Shown: piece by piece, positions 1-9,911 of the stretch
How positions within the stretch are numbered: position 1 is the first letter of the stretch
Layout of the letters: the number at the start of each line of letters is the position of its first letter
Source: a virus
Reading direction: 5' to 3' (one strand)
Virus record (IMG/VR): IMGVR_UViG_3300031257_000001
Location: 40,327 to 104,326 of that record
Length of the DNA: 64,000 nt
Program-made: the position numbers and the translations under genes
Notes under the pieces: model-generated
Told to the model about the DNA's origin: nothing
Database searches by the model: none
The model's input: only the letters and a program-made list of their open reading frames with translations

Positions 1-141
1 TACGCACAGAGCGGAGGCCAGCTCAATCCGCGGGCCCCGGGCCTTGCCGGAATCACAGATGACCAGGAGATTCTCGGAATCCTTCGGTTGTTCCGTGCTC
101 CCATTGGCATTGCCACCCCTGCTCATCCGTCGTTCCGCTGA
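1..141 (+). CDS. 3' end of a putative head-tail connector protein (partial)
   Basis: Frame 1 is open from the window edge to TGA at 139-141 (...GITDDQEILGILRLFRAPIGIATPAHPSFR*). It lies upstream of the neck/tail genes. Confidence 0.45.
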   Translation, partial: YAQSGGQLNPRAPGLAGITDDQEILGILRLFRAPIGIATPAHPSFR

Positions 142-145
142 TGCC

Positions 146-481
146 ATGACGTACATCTATGCGTTGCTTGATCCCAATACGGACGCAATACGTTATGTGG
201 GCAAAACTTCAAGGGAAGTTGAAAAGCGTTTTGCTGAACACATTTCCGAAGCGCGTGCTGGATTGGAACATTCCCCAAAATCTAAGCACAAAATGTCCAT
301 TGCTGCAAAGGCTAGGTTGGCGCGAGGAGATTCACCGCTATGCAGTAGAAAACACCAACAGATGGCTAGTGCCAAAAGCACCAAAGGCAAGGGCAGGAAG
401 ATAGGGCCGACAGAATTGTTGGCAATGTCAGAACGTGCAAAGCTACAATGGGCAGAAAGGGAACGTATTGCCCGCGCCTAA
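146..481 (+). CDS. GIY-YIG homing endonuclease-like protein, probably degenerate
   Basis: MTYIYALLDP...RYVGKT...KRFAEH is the GIY-YIG N-terminal motif, followed by basic NUMOD3-like segments. GC is lower than in the flanks. Start placed at ATG 146, just after the upstream stop. Confidence 0.7.
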   Translation: MTYIYALLDPNTDAIRYVGKTSREVEKRFAEHISEARAGLEHSPKSKHKMSIAAKARLARGDSPLCSRKHQQMASAKSTKGKGRKIGPTELLAMSERAKLQWAERERIARA

Positions 482-896
482 CCTCATCCATCCCATCCCA
501 GTTCAGATTGAGCCGCTTCAGCGGGCCCAGTCGCTGGTGGATGATGACTTCAGGGAACCGATTCAGCAAGCCGTCCGCTCACCGAGGGCCACTGTTCCAG
601 GGCAGATCAAGTGGACCAGCGACGAGCAGTTGCGTGTGACGGATGCGGGCACGCAGAAAGGCGCCGATGGCTATGTGTTGTTCAGACGCTGCGACCTCCG
701 AGCCGCCGGGCTGAATGAGATTCACCAGTCCGACCGCTTTGTGGCCATCGGCGCCGGAGCGAACACCACCGAGGTGGATCTGTACGTGGTGCGTGTTCAA
801 CAGATGGGCCACTATCCGGACCAGGGCGGAGGCAGCCTGGTGCGCGCCTGGTTCAAGGATCGCCAGCCATCCAAGCAGACCCGCGGAGGGAAGTGA
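468..896 (+). CDS. putative head closure / head-tail adaptor protein
   Basis: About 140 aa, beta-rich, directly upstream of the tail completion and sheath genes. TTG start inferred. Confidence 0.55.
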   Translation: MPAPNLIHPIPVQIEPLQRAQSLVDDDFREPIQQAVRSPRATVPGQIKWTSDEQLRVTDAGTQKGADGYVLFRRCDLRAAGLNEIHQSDRFVAIGAGANTTEVDLYVVRVQQMGHYPDQGGGSLVRAWFKDRQPSKQTRGGK

Positions 897-1540
897 TGGC
901 AACCGAAGGCATCCAGATCAAGTTCCGTGGCATCAAGAAGTGGCGTGGCGCTCTCAAGGCGCCTGCGTTCAGATCTGCGCTGACTCAGAATCTCAAGAAG
1001 GCGACCATGATCAACGCCAAGCGGGCGAGCGCCAAGCAGCGCTCACTCATCCAGGGCTCGACCGGGCTTCAGCGGAGCGCGGCCCTGACCGTCGCCCTCA
1101 AGGGCGAAGACAAGCCGCTTGTGGGCGACGGATCGCTGTTCCAGGCCATCACCGAGCGCGATGTGTCCAAGGGCCAAAGCATCGAGGTGTTCTCGGGCGT
1201 GCTCAGGACCAGCGATGACTACAACATCGGCAAGGCGGTCCACGACGGGATCACCCTCCGAGTCACGGAGGCGATGCGCGGCCTGTTCTTCATGCTGTGG
1301 GTGGCCTCGGAACGCGCCCGCGAGGGGAAGCCACTGCCCAAGCTTCACGGCCGTGCCGAGGAGCTGTTTGGCATGTACCAACACTGGCTTCCGTTGTCGC
1401 CCGGCACCAAGGCCATCAACATCCCGCCCCGGAGGTGGATTGACATGGCGTTCAAGGATCCCGGACTCAAGCGCGAGTGCGAGCGCAATTGGCAGCAGGC
1501 CATCCAGCAGACGATGCGTGAAAGGGTGCGTCGCTCATGA
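893..1540 (+). CDS. putative virion morphogenesis / tail completion protein (Mu gpG / HK97 gp10-like)
   Basis: Basic protein with the 'KPLVGDGSLFQAI', 'VHDG' and 'INIPPRRW' motifs typical of this family; synteny fits. Confidence 0.65.
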   Translation: MMATEGIQIKFRGIKKWRGALKAPAFRSALTQNLKKATMINAKRASAKQRSLIQGSTGLQRSAALTVALKGEDKPLVGDGSLFQAITERDVSKGQSIEVFSGVLRTSDDYNIGKAVHDGITLRVTEAMRGLFFMLWVASERAREGKPLPKLHGRAEELFGMYQHWLPLSPGTKAINIPPRRWIDMAFKDPGLKRECERNWQQAIQQTMRERVRRS

Positions 1541-2769
1541 TCCGCGTCTTGAAGGTGTTCCGCTTCACGAACAACGAGCGGAGCCGTGTGATCATCGGGA
1601 CCGGCGCCCGGCTCCACCCTAAACTGAACAAGCTGATGCTCAAGCTGTCCGGCGGAGGCTACCCCACAGGACCGGACATCCAGGTTGCAACGTGGCTCTC
1701 TGTGCCAAGGAGTGTCAAGAAGTGGCTGGTGTTCTTCGCTGACTCCGTGACGCCAAAGGATGGCTCGAATATCCAAGTGACGCACTTGGGCTACCGGCTT
1801 TCTGACGACGGTGTCACCCCCCTGTATTGGGACGGAGCGACGTGGCGAGCGCCGGTTGGATCAGAGTGGAACACCGATGCCGAAGTCAACGTTGGCATCG
1901 AGTCATTCCCGGTGTCGAACACAGCCATCCAAGTCATCATCAACCTCCGGACCGATGACCCGGCCTTCACGCCCGAGGTCACCGAGGTGCGCCTGGCATA
2001 CGAGTCAGACGTCCACTACCAGGAGGACTACATCAGGAGCCTCCTGCGTCTGATCCGTGAGCAGGTGAGGCCGATCTCAGAGTACCAGCTGGAGGCCGAT
2101 GGCCCGACTGACACAGTGGATCTGAACGCCATCGAGACGCCGTACAACATCGTTGGCGCTGATTCGGCCTTTGACGCCACCGCCGATCCCAACCTTCAGA
2201 CCGATTTGTTGGCTGGGTTCGACCCTGTCACCAAGGAAGTCACGCTGTCCACGCCGGTGCCAGATGGCAACACCATACAGGTGCGCTTCTTGTACGAACC
2301 GGAAGTGGCGCTGACGACCAGCCAAGACTACACAGAGTTGGACAAGGTTCCTGCCATCGTCATCGATGACGTCACGACCGGGCAGAGCCACGAGGTAAGC
2401 ATGCAGCACGTCATCAACAAGGCCACGGGCGGTGGGCTAGCTTGGGACTCCCTGTTCCAGGTTGACATCGAAGTCCCGATGAGGATGGTCACAGACAAGG
2501 CAGTGGATCAACAGCGTCTCGCAGATGCGATGAAGACGCTTTTTGCCAGCAATCCGTTTCTGGTGTCGCTTGCAAGGGATGAGCGCTACCGGCTGTGGAT
2601 GACCGATGAATATGACCAGCTAACCTTTCCAGCGCAATCGGAGCTTCACTCTGGAAGGCTTCGTGCCCGGATTGCCAAAGCGCTATTCTCCCCGACGGAC
2701 GCCCGAACGATCACCGGTGTCAAGCGGGTCATAGTAACCGGCGGCAATCTTGAGCTGGAAGCACCATAG
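1537..2769 (+). CDS. putative tail terminator / neck protein with N-terminal extension
   Basis: 410-aa ORF directly before the sheath; C-terminal 'VPAIVIDD' segment resembles tail terminators. Confidence 0.45.
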   Translation: MIRVLKVFRFTNNERSRVIIGTGARLHPKLNKLMLKLSGGGYPTGPDIQVATWLSVPRSVKKWLVFFADSVTPKDGSNIQVTHLGYRLSDDGVTPLYWDGATWRAPVGSEWNTDAEVNVGIESFPVSNTAIQVIINLRTDDPAFTPEVTEVRLAYESDVHYQEDYIRSLLRLIREQVRPISEYQLEADGPTDTVDLNAIETPYNIVGADSAFDATADPNLQTDLLAGFDPVTKEVTLSTPVPDGNTIQVRFLYEPEVALTTSQDYTELDKVPAIVIDDVTTGQSHEVSMQHVINKATGGGLAWDSLFQVDIEVPMRMVTDKAVDQQRLADAMKTLFASNPFLVSLARDERYRLWMTDEYDQLTFPAQSELHSGRLRARIAKALFSPTDARTITGVKRVIVTGGNLELEAP

Positions 2770-2782
2770 GAGATGATGAGAC

Positions 2783-5098
2783 ATGGCAGTTCGTAGGTTC
2801 GGCCCGACTCGCGGCGCAGGTACACGGATTGAAGAGCAAGAGGGCGACAAGACCATCACCCCCGGCGCTCTTGGTTTTACTGGCTATGCCGGCATGTTCG
2901 AGAAGGGGCCTGTTGGGGCGATGAAGATTTGCACCACCAAGGCTGAATTCCTCAAGTGGTACGGCGGTGTCATCGACGAAAGCCTGGCGCCCGATTCGGC
3001 GCTGGACTTCTATGACTTGGCCAACGGCGCTGGTGGGATTGTTCTCATCAGGGTGACGGATGGCAACGAAGTGGAGTCAGAGCTGACTCTGTACGCTCGG
3101 GACGCTGATGACAACATTCCCATGGGCAAGGTGACCGCCAAGAACGGCGGCCGTTGGGGTGGCCGCGCCAAGGTGCTGGTGGGCGACCTCGACAGTTCTG
3201 GCGACCTGACGAATACGACGCTACAGCTGGGCGCCGCCATCGCCGCCAACTTCACCACCGATGAATGGAAGGACGCATACATTGGGTTGGACGCGGTGGC
3301 CAACGAGCGTTACCCGGTGATTGGTAGCACCAACACGGGGCTCCTCACCGTTGCCGCAGACCAGAAGATGCTGGACGATTGGAATGACGCGGCCGTCCCG
3401 ACCAACCTGCGTTTCTACGCGATGTTGGAGGACAACGGGCGCAACATTGCCGTCAGGATCGATGACGGTGAAGAGGACAGCTCCGGCCAGTTCAGCTTGG
3501 AGATATTCCTGGACGGAGTGCCTGTCAAGAAGTACGGCAATCTCCATACGGACCCGACCCATGCGCGCTACTGGGTTGAGGTCATCAACAGCGACCTCGG
3601 GAACGCATGGATTGACGTGGAGGACCTGTTCACGGGCGCACACACAGCCAGCACGCGCGCGGCCAACTTCTATGGCGCTTCGGTTTCCGTCACCGCAACC
3701 AAGCTGGACATCGATCTGCGCAAGCTGCAGCTCAACTGCCCTTCGGGAGCCGTCCCGACGTTGGTCATGGGGACCACCATCGCTGAGCACATGGCGCAGG
3801 TGTTGACGCTGACCATGACCAGTGCCTCTGACTTCACAGTTGTGTCCGATAAATTCGGTGCAATTGGATCTGGAACGTTGGGGGTGGAATTCTTGACGGC
3901 AGTTCCAACCTTCAACAAGTTCGTTCCGCCATTCACGATGGACAACGGTACTGGCTCACTGGCCTCCGGCGACATCATCGCCGTTCACTACGTCCCCTTG
4001 CCTGCCAACGACCTCGTGGGTGGCAGACTGTGGCCTGACAAGCCGAACTTCTCGCTGGATGAGTTCAGAATCGTCGCCAACGATCATGAGAGCGTCACGG
4101 TCGCCCCGGGCGCAGACCTCACCGCTCTCGCGACTCCGGGCGATGAGTACATGATTGCAGCTCCCATCCCGCTGGTGAGCGGTCGCGATGGGAACGCGGA
4201 TGTGTTGGACACTGACTACGAGGACCAGGCGTGGGACACCTCGGACAGTCCGTTCAACGACATCGACGGCAAGAACTTGGGCTTGGTTAAGTTCGGCACC
4301 CCCGGCGTCACCTCCACTTCCGTCCAGAAGGCCGGTGTGGCCTACGCAGAGGCCAAGAATCACCAGTACAGGGTGGAGGTGCCAGCAAACGTCACGACCG
4401 ACAACGGCGCGTTGTCGTACATCAACGACACCATCGGGCGCTCCGACCACAGCGTGGTCAGCTTCCCGTCCTATGGCAACGTGCCCGACCCGAACCCTGA
4501 AGCACAGCGCGAGGGCAGAACCAAGCTCACCACTGCCACTGGGATGATCCACGGCCGCGAAGCCTCCATGGTGCGTGACTACGAGGGTTATCACAAGGCG
4601 GCAGCCGGCGTGGATGCCACGTTGCCCAAGCTCTTGGCCATCCCGACCGGCGACCGCAAGTTGGATGAGGAGCGCCTGAACCCGGCAGGGATCAGCATCA
4701 TCAGGAAGGTGCGCGGTGGCTTTGTCATCTGGGGCGACCGGACCCTGAACCGCGACCCCAATTGGAAGTGGAAGCACCAGCGCGAGCAGATGTCGTACTA
4801 CGAGCATGTGCTCCAGGAAAACTTTGATTTCATCATCTTTGCCATCAACGATCCTGACACTGATCGCTTGGCAGAGACCACGCTGGTTGCATTCTTCCTT
4901 CCCGAGTTCGTGAAGCGAGCGTTGCGCGGCGACACGTTCCAGGCAGCAGCCATCATCAAGGTGGATGAAGAGCTCAATATGAACGCCACACGGGACGCCG
5001 GCGACCTCTATGCTGAGGTGTCGCTCCGACTCGCGGACACGGTGGAGCGGTTCATCATCCGCATCGGCAAGCAGGGCATTTTCGAGCAGGTGGCATAA
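2783..5098 (+). CDS. contractile tail sheath protein
   Basis: N-terminal 'GTRIEE...GMFEKGPV' and C-terminal 'YHKAAAG...LNPAGISIIR...VIWGDRTL...FIIFAIND...VERFIIRI' sheath motifs; GGAG RBS. Confidence 0.93.
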   Translation: MAVRRFGPTRGAGTRIEEQEGDKTITPGALGFTGYAGMFEKGPVGAMKICTTKAEFLKWYGGVIDESLAPDSALDFYDLANGAGGIVLIRVTDGNEVESELTLYARDADDNIPMGKVTAKNGGRWGGRAKVLVGDLDSSGDLTNTTLQLGAAIAANFTTDEWKDAYIGLDAVANERYPVIGSTNTGLLTVAADQKMLDDWNDAAVPTNLRFYAMLEDNGRNIAVRIDDGEEDSSGQFSLEIFLDGVPVKKYGNLHTDPTHARYWVEVINSDLGNAWIDVEDLFTGAHTASTRAANFYGASVSVTATKLDIDLRKLQLNCPSGAVPTLVMGTTIAEHMAQVLTLTMTSASDFTVVSDKFGAIGSGTLGVEFLTAVPTFNKFVPPFTMDNGTGSLASGDIIAVHYVPLPANDLVGGRLWPDKPNFSLDEFRIVANDHESVTVAPGADLTALATPGDEYMIAAPIPLVSGRDGNADVLDTDYEDQAWDTSDSPFNDIDGKNLGLVKFGTPGVTSTSVQKAGVAYAEAKNHQYRVEVPANVTTDNGALSYINDTIGRSDHSVVSFPSYGNVPDPNPEAQREGRTKLTTATGMIHGREASMVRDYEGYHKAAAGVDATLPKLLAIPTGDRKLDEERLNPAGISIIRKVRGGFVIWGDRTLNRDPNWKWKHQREQMSYYEHVLQENFDFIIFAINDPDTDRLAETTLVAFFLPEFVKRALRGDTFQAAAIIKVDEELNMNATRDAGDLYAEVSLRLADTVERFIIRIGKQGIFEQVA

Positions 5099-5125
5099 TC
5101 AGAGCCGCCAGGGAGTGACACGACC

Positions 5126-5590
5126 ATGAGAGCAATTCTGAAGCGCAGCCTGGGAGAGGGCGGTTCATTCATCGGCGACTCGCACGGTGATGACAACCTG
5201 TACGATGTGCTCAAGGCACTCGCCTTGGCAGCGTGCGAATCGGTGGACGTCCTGCAAGCGACACCCTCGGCCGCGGTGATTGCCAGCAAGCTGATCAAGG
5301 AGCCCACGAGGCTGTCCGGGTTCGGCATCAGCCTCGGCACCACAGGGACCGTGTCGGGGACCACGACCGTCATCGTCAACAAGAATGGCACGCCATTGGT
5401 GGGCGTCACGCTGTCCATCGCCTACACCGAGGACGATGGCACGTCAAAGTTCCTGTCGGCTGACGACTTCGGTGACATCGACTTCGATCAGGGGGACATC
5501 CTCACGATCGAGACCACAGTGGCGACATCCACTGGCCCGGCAAACCTGTTGGCCACTGCCGAACTCAACCCCATCAAGGTGGAGGCGTAA
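5126..5590 (+). CDS. hypothetical structural protein (beta-sandwich-like) between sheath and tube
   Basis: 154-aa ORF with GGAG RBS, Thr/Val/Gly-rich strands. Confidence 0.55.
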   Translation: MRAILKRSLGEGGSFIGDSHGDDNLYDVLKALALAACESVDVLQATPSAAVIASKLIKEPTRLSGFGISLGTTGTVSGTTTVIVNKNGTPLVGVTLSIAYTEDDGTSKFLSADDFGDIDFDQGDILTIETTVATSTGPANLLATAELNPIKVEA

Positions 5591-5648
5591 GCCGAAATCC
5601 ACCCTGCCGGAGGCTTCCCAAGGCTGACCTGCCGATTGGAGACACGAG

Positions 5649-6086
5649 ATGAAGGGCGAGATCCAACCAGACCACATCCCGCTGAACAAGTATGAGTTCC
5701 TGGTCATAGGACTCATTCCACTGACGGCCGTGGAGGTCAGCGGCATCGAGGATGAGCTGGAGACCACCCAGCTGCCCGATCGCACCGTCGCCTCCGGCGG
5801 GAACCGCGGACCCACCGAGTTCGAGCTTACCATCCCGATGCACCACCAGACGGAGCGCGCCGCCATGGAGGTGTGGTTCAGGGAAAGCCAGGACCCGGTG
5901 CTGCCGACATACAAAAAACCCTGCACGCTTCTCCACAAGAGCATCAGCGGCGCCACCACGTGTTCATACACGCTCGTGGGGGTGTTCCCCAAGAAGCGGG
6001 CGCTGCCTGATTTGGATAAGGCGAACGAGGGCGAGCTGGCGAACGTGGTATGGACCATGTCAGCTGACGACGTGTTCCCGCTGTAG
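5649..6086 (+). CDS. tail tube protein (T4 gp19-like)
   Basis: 145 aa with 'EVSGIE...W....D....K.CTL...YTL.GVFP...PDLD' pattern; follows the sheath. Confidence 0.85.
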   Translation: MKGEIQPDHIPLNKYEFLVIGLIPLTAVEVSGIEDELETTQLPDRTVASGGNRGPTEFELTIPMHHQTERAAMEVWFRESQDPVLPTYKKPCTLLHKSISGATTCSYTLVGVFPKKRALPDLDKANEGELANVVWTMSADDVFPL

Positions 6087-6162
6087 CGCGTACCGCAACA
6101 ACAGAACCACCGTTCGGTGGACCTATCAAGGCGGGCCATGACTCGCCGATTGGAGGTGGCCG

Positions 6163-7041
6163 ATGACAGAACAGAAAGCAGTCTTTGAGGCTCCGACCGA
6201 GGCGCCGGCGGAGTCTGGTGAGGCGTCAAAGCGCCGAATCGTTACGATGGAGGCATGGGGCAAGAAGCTCCCCATCGGCATCCCGACCGCGGAAGGACTG
6301 CTGAACAAGAGCTTCAGCACCCGGCCTTGGAAAACCAAGGACGAACGCAAGTTGGGGAAGCTCAAGAAGCCCGACATGAGCTTGGGTAGCTACGTGGGGG
6401 CCATCGTGGCCACCATGTGCGACTCCATCGGCGACACGAACCTATCCGCCATCGAAAAGCAGGAGGAACGACAAGTCCACATACAGCGCATGTACATGGG
6501 CGACGTGTTCTACATCTACTGCTGGCTGCGTCACGAGGCGATGGGCGACCAACTCAAAGTGAGCTTCACCTGCCCAACTTGTCAAAAGAAGCTGCCATAT
6601 GTGGGCAACCTACTGACGTCCGAGGTGGCCGTGGTGGACAGCATCGAGGCGCTGCGCTGGGCGCATGAACTACATGATCCAATCCGGCTCCGTGGCAAGG
6701 ATGTGACCAAGTTCCAGATGTCCACATCACGGTGGTCAACGATCGATGGCCACCGTGGCTCACGTGACGACGCAAACGCCAAGGTCACCGCGGTCCGCGG
6801 CTCCATCGTCGCCCTCAATGACGATAATGACGCGGTCGCCCTCGGGGAAGCGGAGCTTGATGATCTCACCAAGCGCGACCTGGAGGCGTTGGCAGAGCAA
6901 ATTGACGAGCGCTTCATGGGGCCGAACATGGCTCTGGAAGGGAAGTGCACCCCGGAGATGTGCCCCATGGGTGGGGGCTACGATTTCAGGGTGCCCATTG
7001 ACTGGAGTTACAACAGTTTTTTCAGTGGTTCCTCCAAGTAA
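6163..7041 (+). CDS. tail assembly chaperone (gpG-like) with CxxC motif
   Basis: Sits between tube and tape measure; 'FTCPTC'; ends '...DWSYNSFF' at a slippery site. Confidence 0.75.
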   Translation: MTEQKAVFEAPTEAPAESGEASKRRIVTMEAWGKKLPIGIPTAEGLLNKSFSTRPWKTKDERKLGKLKKPDMSLGSYVGAIVATMCDSIGDTNLSAIEKQEERQVHIQRMYMGDVFYIYCWLRHEAMGDQLKVSFTCPTCQKKLPYVGNLLTSEVAVVDSIEALRWAHELHDPIRLRGKDVTKFQMSTSRWSTIDGHRGSRDDANAKVTAVRGSIVALNDDNDAVALGEAELDDLTKRDLEALAEQIDERFMGPNMALEGKCTPEMCPMGGGYDFRVPIDWSYNSFFSGSSK

Positions 7042-7247
7042 AAAATCCCGCCCTAATCCGCAAGGAGGTGTTCCTGCTTTCCTATGGTACCAAGGGCGGG
7101 TTCACCTATGGCGACATCATGGAGATGGAGCCATCGGAGCGGGAGGCGTACTTGGAGGTGCTGAACGAGCAACTGGAGCGCGAGAACCGGGAGATCAAGC
7201 GCGCCCAAGGTAAAACTAAGGGCGGTAGGAGCAAGCCCCGCAAATAG
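7017..7247 (+). CDS. -1 frameshift extension of the tail chaperone (gpGT-like)
   Basis: Heptamer T TTT TTC at 7017-7023. The -1 frame is open to TAG 7245-7247 (QWFLQVKNPALIRKEVFLLSYGTKGGFTYGDIMEMEPSEREAYLEVLNEQLERENREIKR...). Not in the supplied ORF track. Confidence 0.8.
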   Translation, partial: FFQWFLQVKNPALIRKEVFLLSYGTKGGFTYGDIMEMEPSEREAYLEVLNEQLERENREIKRAQGKTKGGRSKPRK

Positions 7248-7259
7248 AGGCAAATCAAG

Positions 7260-9911
7260 ATGGCACTGGAGCGAGTTGGACTAGGCGGCATGATGACGTT
7301 CAACGCCGCGCGGGCCGTTCGCGGAATGAACCAGGCCTCGACTGCCGCCGGCCGACTCCAAGCATCCACAACCCGACTGAGCGCCGCTACGGCCCGGAGT
7401 GGCGGCGTGTATCGGGACGCCAGCGGGAAGTTCCGCGACGCATCTGGCCGCTTTGCCAAGATGCCGCAGACGATGAACCGGGCGTCGATGAGCTTCCAGA
7501 AGTTCGGATCGACCGCCGGCGGCGTTGTCAGCAGCGTGGGAAGGGGCGTCCAGCGGCTTGGAGGTGCCATCACCAAGTTGGGGATGGCTGCCACCGCCCT
7601 CGGTGTGGTGTTCGGGCTCGGGGTCAAGAAGGCAGCCGACTTCGAGCAACAGATGTCGGCGGTGAAAGCCATCACCGGAGCCACGGGTGCGGACTTCGCG
7701 CGGCTGGAGGACAAAGCCAAGCAGATGGGCGCGACCACTGTGTTCAGCGCAACACAGTCGGGTGAGGCCATGGAAGCTCTTGCCCGGGCCGGCTTCAGCA
7801 CCTCCGAGACGATTGATGCCCTCGGGGGTGTCATGGCGGCCGCTGCCGCAGACTCCATGCCGTTGGCAACGGCTGCCCAGATCACATCCCAGGTGATCAG
7901 AGCCATGGGGTTGGAGGCAGGGGAGGCAAACCGTGTGGCAGACGTGCTCGCGTTGACCAGCGCGCGCACGAACACCGATATCATCGGCCTCGGGGAGGCG
8001 TTCAAGTTCGCCGCTGCCCAGTCCAAGATCATGGGAATCGATCTGGAGACCACCGCGTCTGCCATCGGTGTGATCTCAGACGCCGGCATCCGTGGAACCC
8101 TCGCTGGCACATCCTTCACGAACATGTTGGTCAAGCTGTCTCGGCCGAGTAGCAAAGCCACCAAGCTCATGAAGAAGTATGGCATGGCAGTCTTTGAAAC
8201 TGCCGAGGGGAATCTGGACTTGCGCAAGACGCTCGCCAGCGTGGGCGCCGGTCTGAAGGATGTCACCTCAAAGACCAAGCGCGCGGCCGCGATCACCGAG
8301 ATATTCGGGATCAGGGGCCAGAAGGCCGTCAGCGCTATCGACCAGGCCATCACCTCCGGGAAGTTTGCCACCCTGTCCGCGGAGCTGGACAAGGCAAATG
8401 GCAAGGCCAAGGAGATGGCCGAAGTCAGACTGGCCAATCTGCATGGTGCCATCACCCTCGCCAAGTCTGCCATGGAGGGATTCTGGATTGAGACGGCCGG
8501 GCTGTTCCTGGGGCCGATTCAGGGGAAGATCAAGGGATTCACCAAATTGCTAGGTGGTGTTGTCACCGCATTGCAGCTCATTAGCACAGGGGTGGATGAA
8601 AATGACGAAAGGTGGCGAAAGCTTTCCCCAACCGTGAGGTCTGTTGCCAAAGGGATTCGCCAAGGAATCGACGACATCAAAGCTGGCGTGAAATGGTTAG
8701 GTTCACAGTGGGATGCGCTGATGACGCAATTCGGTGTGACCTCGCCTGAGACGATACAGTGGATTTCACGCATAGCTACTGTCCTCGCCATTGCTGCCGC
8801 AGTGTTGGGCCCTGTTATTCTTGTTGCAGGAATGGCACTAACGGCGATTGGGGGTGTGATTGCTGCTATCGGCGCCGGGATTGCTGCCATCGCAGCAGCT
8901 GGGTGGCCACTCATCCTCGCTGCAATTGGCGCAGCGGTCAGTGCCATAGCCATGGTGGCTACGGCAATTGGAGTGGTTCTGGGCGTTTTGGCCGTGTTGA
9001 AAGCTGATGGGATCAAAGTCTCAGAAGCATTGCGTTTGGGGATACAGCTAGTTTCAGCAGCATGGAATTGGCTAGTTCAAAACGCCATCAAGCCATTCAC
9101 CGACGCCATCAAGAAGGAAGTCCTTCCAGTATTTGTCAAATTCAAAGCATCCGCACAGACCACACTGATGTACATCTCCATGAAGTGGAGTGAGGTATTC
9201 AGTGGTGCCATTCAGATTGTGCGAAGGCTGACACCAGTTTTCAGGCTGGTATTCCGCACGCTGGGCAAAATCGTTGGAGCATTTGCCGCTGTTACCGGAA
9301 TTGCGATGCGTGCAATCGTCCAATTCACCCGTCCTGTGATCGGTGCATTTGTGGCCATTGGAAAGGTGATAGTGGAATCCGTCATCAGCGTTTTGATCAA
9401 GATGGTGGCCATATTGGTAAAGGCCGGGGATGCTATCAAGGCTGTGACTGGAAAGGATCTGATTCCAAAGGAACTACGTGAAATTGGCACCACCAATTTT
9501 GAATTCTTGCCAACAGGCGCGCCAGACACCTCTGTGGCCGGTTTGATAGGGAAGGGGACCGGAACCAGAGATGTGGCGGGGATGATCGACTGGACACTGG
9601 AGGACATGGCCAACACCATTGGTGAGGGCGTCGCGCAAGGAGCAACAGAAGGTGTGTCTGATGGGTTGGCAAAACAGAAAGGGGCTGCATCAGCGCCCGG
9701 AAGCACCAAAGTGGATCTCAGCGTTGGTGGTGGAGCGCCAATCAAGGTTGACACAAAGGTTGACATCGATGGACATGAAGTTGCAAGGGCAACAGGCCAC
9801 GCAAGGCTGGAAATATCTGAACGGGCTGGATTCCAAGCAACTCCATGGCAACGTCGACTGATCATTGAACAAGGATTCGCACCATCAGGCGGAATGACGG
9901 GAGGGTTTTAG
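7260..9911 (+). CDS. tape measure protein (TP901-type core)
   Basis: 'AADFEQQMSAVKAITGATG...ATTVFSATQ...LARAGF...GTLAGT' core, Ala/Gly-rich, with a hydrophobic stretch. Confidence 0.95.
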   Translation: MALERVGLGGMMTFNAARAVRGMNQASTAAGRLQASTTRLSAATARSGGVYRDASGKFRDASGRFAKMPQTMNRASMSFQKFGSTAGGVVSSVGRGVQRLGGAITKLGMAATALGVVFGLGVKKAADFEQQMSAVKAITGATGADFARLEDKAKQMGATTVFSATQSGEAMEALARAGFSTSETIDALGGVMAAAAADSMPLATAAQITSQVIRAMGLEAGEANRVADVLALTSARTNTDIIGLGEAFKFAAAQSKIMGIDLETTASAIGVISDAGIRGTLAGTSFTNMLVKLSRPSSKATKLMKKYGMAVFETAEGNLDLRKTLASVGAGLKDVTSKTKRAAAITEIFGIRGQKAVSAIDQAITSGKFATLSAELDKANGKAKEMAEVRLANLHGAITLAKSAMEGFWIETAGLFLGPIQGKIKGFTKLLGGVVTALQLISTGVDENDERWRKLSPTVRSVAKGIRQGIDDIKAGVKWLGSQWDALMTQFGVTSPETIQWISRIATVLAIAAAVLGPVILVAGMALTAIGGVIAAIGAGIAAIAAAGWPLILAAIGAAVSAIAMVATAIGVVLGVLAVLKADGIKVSEALRLGIQLVSAAWNWLVQNAIKPFTDAIKKEVLPVFVKFKASAQTTLMYISMKWSEVFSGAIQIVRRLTPVFRLVFRTLGKIVGAFAAVTGIAMRAIVQFTRPVIGAFVAIGKVIVESVISVLIKMVAILVKAGDAIKAVTGKDLIPKELREIGTTNFEFLPTGAPDTSVAGLIGKGTGTRDVAGMIDWTLEDMANTIGEGVAQGATEGVSDGLAKQKGAASAPGSTKVDLSVGGGAPIKVDTKVDIDGHEVARATGHARLEISERAGFQATPWQRRLIIEQGFAPSGGMTGGF

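Noticed and set aside
7106-8473. 455-aa minus-strand ORF (also 17820-18899 and 49425-50615)
   Set aside because: Shadow frames of the TMP, gpI-like and SSB genes, explained by codon bias and low complexity.
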